DNA from: Candidatus Woesebacteria bacterium RIFCSPLOWO2_01_FULL_39_23
GTDB lineage: Bacteria; Patescibacteriota; Microgenomatia; UBA8517
Reading direction: 5' to 3'
NCBI GenBank assembly: GCA_001793095.1
Contig: MGHG01000011.1
Coordinates: forward strand, 1-58,744
DNA length: 58,744 bases
Made by a program: the position numbers and the translations under genes. The notes below the pieces were generated by a model. That model had not been told where the DNA came from. It searched no databases and saw only the letters and a list, made by a program, of their open reading frames with translations. Positions 45,829 to 53,281 of the stretch are shown here, one piece after another (positions within the stretch are counted from its first letter, which is position 1; the number at the start of each line of letters is the position of its first letter).

Positions 45829-46185
45829 TTATAGTGCAGGACCAGGGCCTCCACCCCCGGGTAATCCAACGTTAAAGCTTCTAAGATTTACACCGAAGAA
45901 GTTTTCGAGTATGGATATGATCGCCCAAGCGGCAAAAACGATGACCAAACCGATTAGACCGGCTGTAATCTGGCTTCTTGCAGACTCCGTTTTCCCTTTA
46001 TCCCCACCCGAGGTGATCCATTTGATACCTCCCAAGACGAGCATGAAAAAGAATGCAATCGCTGCAATAATGAGAACAAAGTTTATCGCAAGGGTAACAA
46101 GAGTAGTAAAATCTATATTCGCAAGGTTGCCAAATTCGTCCGGAGGAATTAAATTAATTTGATTTTGTGCTAAAAGTTGATTCAT
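45829..46185 (-). CDS. VirB2/TrbC-like pilin 3 (close paralog of pilin 2)
   Basis: Same motif as pilin 2; GAGGTG SD upstream. Confidence 0.85.
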   Translation of the reverse strand: MNQLLAQNQINLIPPDEFGNLANIDFTTLVTLAINFVLIIAAIAFFFMLVLGGIKWITSGGDKGKTESARSQITAGLIGLVIVFAAWAIISILENFFGVNLRSFNVGLPGGGGPGPAL

Positions 46186-46270
46186 GTTTATTAAATATTC
46201 ACCTCACTTACATCGTATTATTCTACAAAATCTGCTTTTATGTCAAGTGGCTTGGTTTTTTACAAGTCAC

Positions 46271-46651
46271 CTAAGGCGGCGGGGCAATTGTATTTATATA
46301 GTTAGATGGATTTAGAATGTCTTCAAATCCGACCAGTATGCCGAGTATCTCGGCGAGGAAAAGGGCTGCGACAACTATCGTAAGTCCGACAACTCCGGAG
46401 ACCATTCTCGATCTTGCTTCGGCGAGTTTGCCTTTATCTCCACCCGAACCCATCCAGGCAATACCTCCGGAAATCAGTAAGAACATAAACCAGATGCCGG
46501 CGACTAATGTCAGAATACCTACAATTGCAGTAAGAATAGAGCTAAAAAGTGCGGGTGAGTTACTTGAGGCTTGTCCCTCTAGCCCATACGTGCCAACTCC
46601 ATTTAACCGCGGACCAATAGTTACTTGTACTTGTGCGATTATTTTTTCCAT
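46271..46651 (-). CDS. VirB2/TrbC-like pilin 4
   Basis: GGIAWMGSGGDKGKL.EAR.RM..GVVGL.IV. Confidence 0.82.
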   Translation of the reverse strand: MEKIIAQVQVTIGPRLNGVGTYGLEGQASSNSPALFSSILTAIVGILTLVAGIWFMFLLISGGIAWMGSGGDKGKLAEARSRMVSGVVGLTIVVAALFLAEILGILVGFEDILNPSNYINTIAPPP

Positions 46652-46652
46652 A

Positions 46653-46997
46653 TTAAGGACCGAAAACCTTTAATTGTAGGAGAGCATTGAAATCATTGAA
46701 AAGAAGTTTACCGAATATTCCGGCTAGGACGAAAGAGCCGACAGCAACAAGAAGTCCGATCATAGTCTGCCAGATTTTTGCCCAAGCAGCGGCTATTTTT
46801 TCCGGATTGCCGCCGGCAGACATGAAAGCGTAACCTGCGAAAATAATATTAAAAAGAGCATAAACACCGGCAATCACAATAATTGTTTTTATAATATTGC
46901 TCATAAAATTTGACAGGGCACTTACGTCTCCCCCATAAGTTGAAACTCCCGGTGGAGGATTGACATTACCGAATACTTGCGCTATATAATTTTGCAT
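46653..46997 (-). CDS. VirB2/TrbC-like pilin 5
   Basis: AGYAFMSAGGNPEKI..AW.KI...MIGL. Confidence 0.82.
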   Translation of the reverse strand: MQNYIAQVFGNVNPPPGVSTYGGDVSALSNFMSNIIKTIIVIAGVYALFNIIFAGYAFMSAGGNPEKIAAAWAKIWQTMIGLLVAVGSFVLAGIFGKLLFNDFNALLQLKVFGP

Positions 46998-47003
46998 ATT
47001 AAG

Positions 47004-47324
47004 TTAAAAACCCGGATTTATTATATTAGTATAACCCGTAATTAATCCTACTATTTTTATCAGCCAATAGGAAGTGAAGATTATAAAAAAACCCAATATG
47101 GCTGCAGTTGCAGCTTTTCTACCCTTGGCAATGTCGTCTTTGTTGCCGCTCCCGGCGCCTACCATCATTGATATGCCCCCGAAGATAAGAAGAATTAGAA
47201 GCATCACACCCGCAATGGCCACTGCGTTTGATAGGATTACCGATACAAGATCTGCAAAGCCTTTGCCTTGTCCCCAGACAGAATTAAAAGTTGGTCCTAT
47301 ATCTACTTGTGCAATTATTTTCAT
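47004..47324 (-). CDS. VirB2/TrbC-like pilin 6
   Basis: GGISMM.GAGSGN......GRK..T.AILGF.IIF.SYW. Confidence 0.82.
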   Translation of the reverse strand: MKIIAQVDIGPTFNSVWGQGKGFADLVSVILSNAVAIAGVMLLILLIFGGISMMVGAGSGNKDDIAKGRKAATAAILGFFIIFTSYWLIKIVGLITGYTNIINPGF

Positions 47325-47330
47325 ATTTAG

Positions 47331-47906
47331 TTAAAAAATTGAACTTATCTGTCCGATTCCTAAAATAATTGCAGCTATTTTAACCACCCAGTATGATACA
47401 AATATTATAATAAATCCTACTAAAGCCATGGTAATTACCTGTTGTGCGCTTTTGGCGTTGTCTGGGTTGCCGGCTGATAATAAAAATTTAAATCCTCCGT
47501 AAATTAAGTAAACAAGAAGGACTAAACCAATTATAGGGAAAATGTATGTTAAAAGGAGACTAATGATATCACCAATTGTTGTTGATTGGGTGAAGAATAA
47601 TTGTCTTGGTTGAGGAATGGGTTGGATTATGCGATATAAACTACTCCAGTTAATGCCGCTACAAACGCAGGGTATGTTTTGATTTTCAGGAGCTGTACAA
47701 GCTGTAGGATTATTATCAAACATATCACAGCTTCCAACTTCACAAGGATCTACACAGTTGCCCGTAGCAATACAGTCTTCATCACCCGCAAGAAGGCATC
47801 TATAGTATCCTTCGGCTTGGGCTAGGGTGGGCTTTGAAGAAGATAAGAATAATGCTAATAAAAGTAGTCCCAGAAGCATAACCTTTATTTTAACAAGTTT
47901 AAGCAT
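47331..47906 (-). CDS. Pilin-domain protein 7 with signal peptide and 8-Cys N-terminal module
   Basis: PTLA|QA; 8 Cys; C-terminal GGFKFLLSAGNPD.AK.A...IT.A.VGF. Confidence 0.82.
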   Translation of the reverse strand: MLKLVKIKVMLLGLLLLALFLSSSKPTLAQAEGYYRCLLAGDEDCIATGNCVDPCEVGSCDMFDNNPTACTAPENQNIPCVCSGINWSSLYRIIQPIPQPRQLFFTQSTTIGDIISLLLTYIFPIIGLVLLVYLIYGGFKFLLSAGNPDNAKSAQQVITMALVGFIIIFVSYWVVKIAAIILGIGQISSIF

Positions 47907-47933
47907 AGATATAATTAATATTAATGATTCTTA

Positions 47934-49094
47934 TTATAAACCTGGAATCCTTAAAATTCTTATTCCAAATAAATCTAAAATAAATACTGAAAAAATAATC
48001 AGTAAAAGTCCGGAAACGGCAGCCGTTAACAGTTCTTTACCGGCCTGAAGTTTTTGTTTATCTCCTCCGGACGTCATAATCAGAAAACCGGCAAAGATTA
48101 TTAATATCATGGCAATACCACCACCAATCCCCAGAGCCCACTTCAGGACGAATGCAAGGAAATCGTTCTGGCTGCTTACGGGAATGCATCCTATTGCTGT
48201 ATATATTCTTCCCAGCTGTCCTGGGGCAGGAGTAGCTGTAGTGGGGTTACCATATGAATCACAATAATAAGCAAGCATGGGTCGGGGAGTAATTGGTAAT
48301 GTTGGGGTGGTAGCGCTACAATCACAATCATATGTTCCGATTATGCAAGTAGGTTCTCCTATACCGCCAGAGCAATTAATTGGATTGCAACCCGGCACAC
48401 AATTATTATCGCTTACATAACAACTACTCCCGCCGCCAATTGAGCAGGTAAATGTGTTTGAAGGCATGGGGGTGGGGGTGACACAATAACCTCGTGGATT
48501 AAAAGCATCGGCGTCACAAACTAAACCAGCAGTACAGTTAAGCGGTGCGTCTGCCCTACTCGGGGGACAAGTGTCTGGTGGAATACCGTGTTGTATACAC
48601 GAATTACTAACATCACAATAAATGTAATTGTTATTACAACAATAAAAGGGTGTCGGTGTAGGTATGGGTGGAATTGGTGTAAGGGTTGGTGTTATTAATG
48701 CGGTTTGGGTCAAACAACAGGGAGTTGCTTCATCGAACGTGTTTCTACATCCCGCATCGGGTGCCCCTTCGTAGCTATAGGGAGGTATAGGACACGCTCG
48801 AGTATTCAAGGGGTCGTCATGATTGTAGTATATACAATAGCCGCTTTCATTTACTGTACCTTCGTAGCAAAGTTCGCTATTGGGATCAAAAGTGCCAGAG
48901 GGTACACAGCAGTATTGTAATGGACATTCTGTGTCTGGGTCGTTTATGTCCTCGTAGCAGTTACTTGCACAATATCCCGGCCGACCGTCTACGTCGTAGG
49001 AACATGCATTTTGAGCTTTAGCGTACTTTGAAGTCATAAGTGTTAGGAATACAGCTAGAGGTAATATAATTAGATAAAACTTTTTCAACATCAA
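47934..49094 (-). CDS. Pilin-domain protein 8 with large Cys-rich passenger
   Basis: AKA|QN; 30 Cys by hand count in modules separated by Pro/Thr linkers; C-terminal TAIGCIP...GF.IMTSGGD...GKELLTAA. Confidence 0.82.
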   Translation of the reverse strand: MMLKKFYLIILPLAVFLTLMTSKYAKAQNACSYDVDGRPGYCASNCYEDINDPDTECPLQYCCVPSGTFDPNSELCYEGTVNESGYCIYYNHDDPLNTRACPIPPYSYEGAPDAGCRNTFDEATPCCLTQTALITPTLTPIPPIPTPTPFYCCNNNYIYCDVSNSCIQHGIPPDTCPPSRADAPLNCTAGLVCDADAFNPRGYCVTPTPMPSNTFTCSIGGGSSCYVSDNNCVPGCNPINCSGGIGEPTCIIGTYDCDCSATTPTLPITPRPMLAYYCDSYGNPTTATPAPGQLGRIYTAIGCIPVSSQNDFLAFVLKWALGIGGGIAMILIIFAGFLIMTSGGDKQKLQAGKELLTAAVSGLLLIIFSVFILDLFGIRILRIPGL

Positions 49095-49130
49095 CTTGAG
49101 TTTAGCACCGTTATATTGTGTGTTACAAGC

Positions 49131-50273
49131 TCAAAGGCCCGGAATTCTTAAGATTCTCAGGCCTATCACATCGAGAAGGTATACTGAAAATATAATCATC
49201 AAAAGTCCCATGATCGCTGCAGTTAATAATTCTTTCCCAGTTTTTGCTCTTGCAGGGTTCCCGGCCGATGTCATTATCATGAACCCCGAGAGAATTATTA
49301 CAATAAATGCGATTCCCCCACCCAATCCTATTGCCCAAGGAAGAATGAAAGAAAGAAACTCTGTTTGATTTGCAACAGGTATACATCCTACCGCTGTGTA
49401 TATTCCTTCCTGGCCATATCTGGTACAGTTAACACTTAACATTGGTCTGGGTGTTAATGGAAATGCTTGTCGGTCTATACAACAAGACATACCCAATGGA
49501 CAGCCGATTGTGTCATGGGGGGGATTTATACCATCCCAATCTCTGTCTGGAGGACAATTGAGGTAATAGCAATTCCCAGGTAAGTCCGTAAAATAACCAA
49601 TACAATTATTGGACGGTTGACATGTCCATACGGTACTATCAAAACAACCTCCACCTCCCGGTCCGCCGAAACCACTGCAGCTATCGGCGCATAAGGGAGA
49701 AAGCTTATCAACTGCCGTGCATTTTTTTTGAGCTAAAGCCGAGCAATAATTACCGGATGGGGATGGATCAGGGTCGACGTAGCAACAGGATGGTGCAACC
49801 GGAGGAATATTAAGGTCGATAACAAATTGGCTATAGCCATATAAAGTCTGTTCGTCATGAGATCTAAGCTCTATTGTGTAAAAACCTGCACCAGGAAACC
49901 AGGGGGTATCTGCAGTCCATCCATTATCAATATAGTTTGGAGGAACTATAACTTGAAGGTTATTAACGGGTATATCGACTGTTTCCGGCCAAAGAGTAAT
50001 ATATTTATGTATTATATAGGGTGTACCACTCGGATTGTATGTAATTTTCAGGATTGGGTCTGGAGGACAGCTCTGATTTGTACAAAGTAAGCTATCGTCG
50101 CAATTTTCGATATATATTGTACGCGCTTCGGATAAATTAGCAGTACTCGGTGAGGTTGTAAGAACACAGGCAAACTGAGCATAAATACTTGAAGGAAAGA
50201 GTGTTTTTATTATTATTAAACTAAAGGTGAAGGTAAAAAATGTGCAGAATATATTTCTAAGTAAGCTCTTCAT
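49131..50273 (-). CDS. Pilin-domain protein 9 with beta-rich and Cys-rich passenger
   Basis: IYA|QF; 20 Cys in the mature part by hand count; C-terminal pilin domain paralogous to pilin 8 (both end RILRIPGL). Confidence 0.82.
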   Translation of the reverse strand: MKSLLRNIFCTFFTFTFSLIIIKTLFPSSIYAQFACVLTTSPSTANLSEARTIYIENCDDSLLCTNQSCPPDPILKITYNPSGTPYIIHKYITLWPETVDIPVNNLQVIVPPNYIDNGWTADTPWFPGAGFYTIELRSHDEQTLYGYSQFVIDLNIPPVAPSCCYVDPDPSPSGNYCSALAQKKCTAVDKLSPLCADSCSGFGGPGGGGCFDSTVWTCQPSNNCIGYFTDLPGNCYYLNCPPDRDWDGINPPHDTIGCPLGMSCCIDRQAFPLTPRPMLSVNCTRYGQEGIYTAVGCIPVANQTEFLSFILPWAIGLGGGIAFIVIILSGFMIMTSAGNPARAKTGKELLTAAIMGLLMIIFSVYLLDVIGLRILRIPGL

Positions 50274-50324
50274 TATTTTAAGTTTATCACGATGCGGATG
50301 TTTTCTGCTGGTATAATGGTTAAA

Positions 50325-50471
50325 TAACTCATAACTTAAATGTCAAAACTTATAACTACAGAGGGCAAAGAACAAAGAGCAAAGAACAGAGGGAAATCAG
50401 TATTATTCTATATTGTATGTTGTATGTTCTTTGTCCTAACTTCAACTCTTCTACTCTTCCACTCTTTCACT
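50325..50471. repeat. Concatenated 7-nt and 8-nt micro-repeat arrays running across the start codon of the SpoIID-like gene
   Basis: taactca taactta aatgtca aaactta taactac / aaagaac aaagagc aaagaac / tatattg tatgttg tatgttc / actcttct actcttcc actctttc. Confidence 0.7.
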
Positions 50472-52106
50472 CTGGTTTCCTCCGAACCTAACTGTGACTC
50501 TCCGGCAATTGGTGATATTGATTATTGTCTTGAGAAGATTCAAAGAGAAATAGACGCCCTAAAACCGGCACACGAATACAATAAAAAAGAACTTTCGGAC
50601 TTGGAGGCGCAAATTGCCTCTCTCACAAAAAGAATTAATGCCCTCTCCGCCCAACTTAAGGAAACAGAGAAAAATTTAACACAAAGAGAGGAGGATCTGG
50701 CTTATGCAAAGAGGATTTTTGAGGAAAAGACTAAAAACCATTATAAATTCATAAGGTTTTATGATGCTTTCTCTGCTTTTATTGCGTCTTCCGATGCCTC
50801 CGAAGCGTTCAGGGAAATAAATTTCAGGCAAAAAGCAGCCGATGAGGACAGAAAGACGATGGGAAAATATGCAACGGATATTGACAAGCTCGAAGCCGAT
50901 AAAGCAAGTCTTGAAAAAAATCAAAAGAGTTTAACCTCCGTTAAAGCGGGTGTTGCAAAAAGGGCAGACTTCCTGGAAGGCGAAGTCGCAAAAACTGAGA
51001 CTTACTTAACAACCCTCTCGTCAAAACAACAAGCACTTATTGCTCAAAAAGAGGCAGGTTTCCAAACATCAGTTGGCGAGACGCCTCCGACTCTCGAGCC
51101 CTGCTCGGGACCTCCCGGGTCGTCAAATTTTTGTGATCCGGGTTTCAGGCCGGCATACGCTGCTTTTTCTTTCGGAGCCCCACACAGAACGGGTTTAAGC
51201 CAGTACGGGGCTTACGGCCGAGCTAAGCTCGGTCAAAATGCAGAAACAATTCTTGCTGATTATTTTCAGGGGTCGTCCTTAAATAAAGGTTATTCCGTAC
51301 CCGCGACAATAGGGGTGAGTGGATATGGAAGATTGGCATTTGAGGATAATTACCTACTGGGTATTTATGAAGTGCCGGAATCCTGGGGAGATAATGGCGG
51401 CTTTGAAGCCCTAAAAGCCCAAGCAGTCGCTGCGCGCTCCTATGCCTTAGCAGTCACAAACGGAGGGTCGGGGACGATTTGTACGACCGAGGCTTGCCAG
51501 GTTTATAAGCCCCAACTAAAATCCGGCAAATGGGCACAGGCTGTTCGGGATACAAGGGGTTGGGTTTTGATAAAAGACGGAGCACCGGCAAAAGCTTACT
51601 ATGCCTCGACGTCGGGTGGATTTACGATATCTCAATGGGGCTGGACGGGCATAAAAGACGCAAAGGGGGGAGATTGGCCAAATCAAGCGTATGAAAAAAT
51701 TTCTGCATCACCCTGGTTTTACAAAGGTTGGTACAAAAGCCGGGGTGGTGCGACTTGCGGGAAAAGCAATCCTTGGCTAACCGGTCAGCAAACGGCGGAT
51801 ATCATTAATGCCTGGCAAGTCTTATATAAAGGCGGAGGAGATACGGGGAGAATATCTCCCGTCGACACAGCCTGCTGGGGAGGGAATCCTTATTCAATAT
51901 CTGAACTTGCCGGGATAGGGGGATATACTTCGGTCGACAGCGTATCTGTAGTTTATGCTAATTCGGGTTCGACTCAGACAATACTACTTGGGACCAATAA
52001 AGGAAGTATAAATATTTCTGGAGATGAGTTTAAGAAAGCTTTTAATCTTCGTGCACCGGGATACATTGGCCTCAAGAGTTCGCTCTTCAATATAGAGAAA
52101 CTATAA
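50340..52106 (+). CDS. SpoIID/LytB-domain protein with N-terminal TM and coiled coil
   Basis: PcsB-like coiled coil; G.PH..GLSQYGA..RA; YL.GI.EVP.SW, EALKAQAVAARSYA, T..CQVY, YY.STSGG, LRAPG..GLKS..F.I. Confidence 0.88.
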   Translation: MSKLITTEGKEQRAKNRGKSVLFYIVCCMFFVLTSTLLLFHSFTLVSSEPNCDSPAIGDIDYCLEKIQREIDALKPAHEYNKKELSDLEAQIASLTKRINALSAQLKETEKNLTQREEDLAYAKRIFEEKTKNHYKFIRFYDAFSAFIASSDASEAFREINFRQKAADEDRKTMGKYATDIDKLEADKASLEKNQKSLTSVKAGVAKRADFLEGEVAKTETYLTTLSSKQQALIAQKEAGFQTSVGETPPTLEPCSGPPGSSNFCDPGFRPAYAAFSFGAPHRTGLSQYGAYGRAKLGQNAETILADYFQGSSLNKGYSVPATIGVSGYGRLAFEDNYLLGIYEVPESWGDNGGFEALKAQAVAARSYALAVTNGGSGTICTTEACQVYKPQLKSGKWAQAVRDTRGWVLIKDGAPAKAYYASTSGGFTISQWGWTGIKDAKGGDWPNQAYEKISASPWFYKGWYKSRGGATCGKSNPWLTGQQTADIINAWQVLYKGGGDTGRISPVDTACWGGNPYSISELAGIGGYTSVDSVSVVYANSGSTQTILLGTNKGSINISGDEFKKAFNLRAPGYIGLKSSLFNIEKL

Positions 52107-52108
52107 TT

Positions 52109-52250
52109 TAACTCGATACTCATAACTCATAACTTATTACTCATTACAAATAATTGGTGCGTAGGGGTAAATCAGTCTCAAATGGTGATATAATGCAATT
52201 AACCTAAAGATTTAAGTTAATAAGTTTTTAGTTATAAGTTATTAGTTATT
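52109..52250. repeat. Oppositely oriented heptamer arrays bracketing a TATAAT promoter-like site
   Basis: taactcg atactca taactca taactta ttactca (52109-52150) versus taagtt/tagtt units (52212-52250). Confidence 0.6.
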
Positions 52251-52253
52251 ACA

Positions 52254-53006
52254 ATGCCTGATCTTTTTGTTTCTGGAGAAAAGAACGTTAATGCTCAAGT
52301 TATTGATGAGCAAATTAAACCGGAAGTGAGCGTTCATCCTCCGGTAAAGCATCCACATGTAAAGTTAGGTAATAGGCCTTCGAGTCTGAAAGAGGTTGAA
52401 ACCATGAAGAGTATTGATCATCAGGTCAAAATTCCTGAAGAATCCCAAGGTGGTCCGATTTCTGCTTTTAATTATTATCCGAAAAATGTCAATTTCATTA
52501 ATAAAGATCCCGAAGAAAAAGTTATTCTTTTTTTGAGAAGGCATCCTGTGACAAATCTTTCTTGGGTAGTATTAACTTTTGTTTTAATAATTGCGCCGTC
52601 TTTTTTGACAGTCATGCCTTTTTTTGACGCTCTTCCGCTGAAAGCGGGTACTTTACTGATACTGATCTGGTATCTTATGACCCTGACTTATGCCTTCCAA
52701 AAGTTTTTAGACTGGTTTTTTTCTGTAAATATAGTAACTGATGAACGTATTTTTGACGTTGATTTTTATAATCTGGTATATAGAAAAATGACAGATGCCA
52801 ATATTGACCAGATTCAAGACGTTACAGTTCAAATAGGTGGAGGAATTAGAACAATATTCAATTACGGTGATGTATTGATACAAACTGCCGCCGAGATACC
52901 GGAAATCGAATTTGAATCTGTTCCACAGCCAGACAAGGTTTCAAAAATATTAAGAGAGTTGCGAGTACAAGAAGAACAGGAAAAGCTAGAAGGAAGAGTG
53001 AGATGA
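52254..53006 (+). CDS. Bacterial PH-domain membrane protein (bPH_2-like)
   Basis: EEKV.LFLRRH, two TM helices, W......VTDERI.D, .IQDV......R..FNYG.V.IQTA. Confidence 0.82.
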   Translation: MPDLFVSGEKNVNAQVIDEQIKPEVSVHPPVKHPHVKLGNRPSSLKEVETMKSIDHQVKIPEESQGGPISAFNYYPKNVNFINKDPEEKVILFLRRHPVTNLSWVVLTFVLIIAPSFLTVMPFFDALPLKAGTLLILIWYLMTLTYAFQKFLDWFFSVNIVTDERIFDVDFYNLVYRKMTDANIDQIQDVTVQIGGGIRTIFNYGDVLIQTAAEIPEIEFESVPQPDKVSKILRELRVQEEQEKLEGRVR

Positions 53007-53032
53007 TAACTAATAACTAATAATATAATGCC

Positions 53033-53254
53033 ATGAACTTATTAGCTGATTTTAATTTTTCAGTTTGGTTAGTAATAAAAATTGCCGTTATTTTCGGACT
53101 TATTATTTATAATATTTTTGCCTTCATAGTCATGAAACAGGTCAATCTTATGACTGAAACTTTGGAATTGGATTTTGAAGGACCTATAAAATTTGTTGCA
53201 GTTTTTCATTTTATCTTTGCACTTTTTGTACTGGGTTACAGTTTTTTAATGTGA
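53033..53254 (+). CDS. Small two-TM membrane protein (possibly DUF5657-like)
   Basis: Y..FA....KQV.LM..T pattern between two hydrophobic helices. Confidence 0.65.
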   Translation: MNLLADFNFSVWLVIKIAVIFGLIIYNIFAFIVMKQVNLMTETLELDFEGPIKFVAVFHFIFALFVLGYSFLM

Positions 53255-53281
53255 TCAAGACACCTGCTTTGACTAAATTAG

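Noticed and set aside
45048-47324. Type IV pilins (class III signal peptides)
   Set aside because: No G|FxxxE prepilin motif; the two-TM hairpin with a central GG(D/N) loop fits VirB2/TrbC-type pilins.
51961-51980. T-loop-like GGTTCGACTC
   Set aside because: It lies in frame inside the SpoIID-like CDS (ANSGSTQT), with no cloverleaf.
50325-52250. CRISPR array suggested by periodic sequence
   Set aside because: Units are 7-10 nt, degenerate and contiguous, with no spacers; no cas genes and no 25-40 bp direct-repeat array anywhere in the window.
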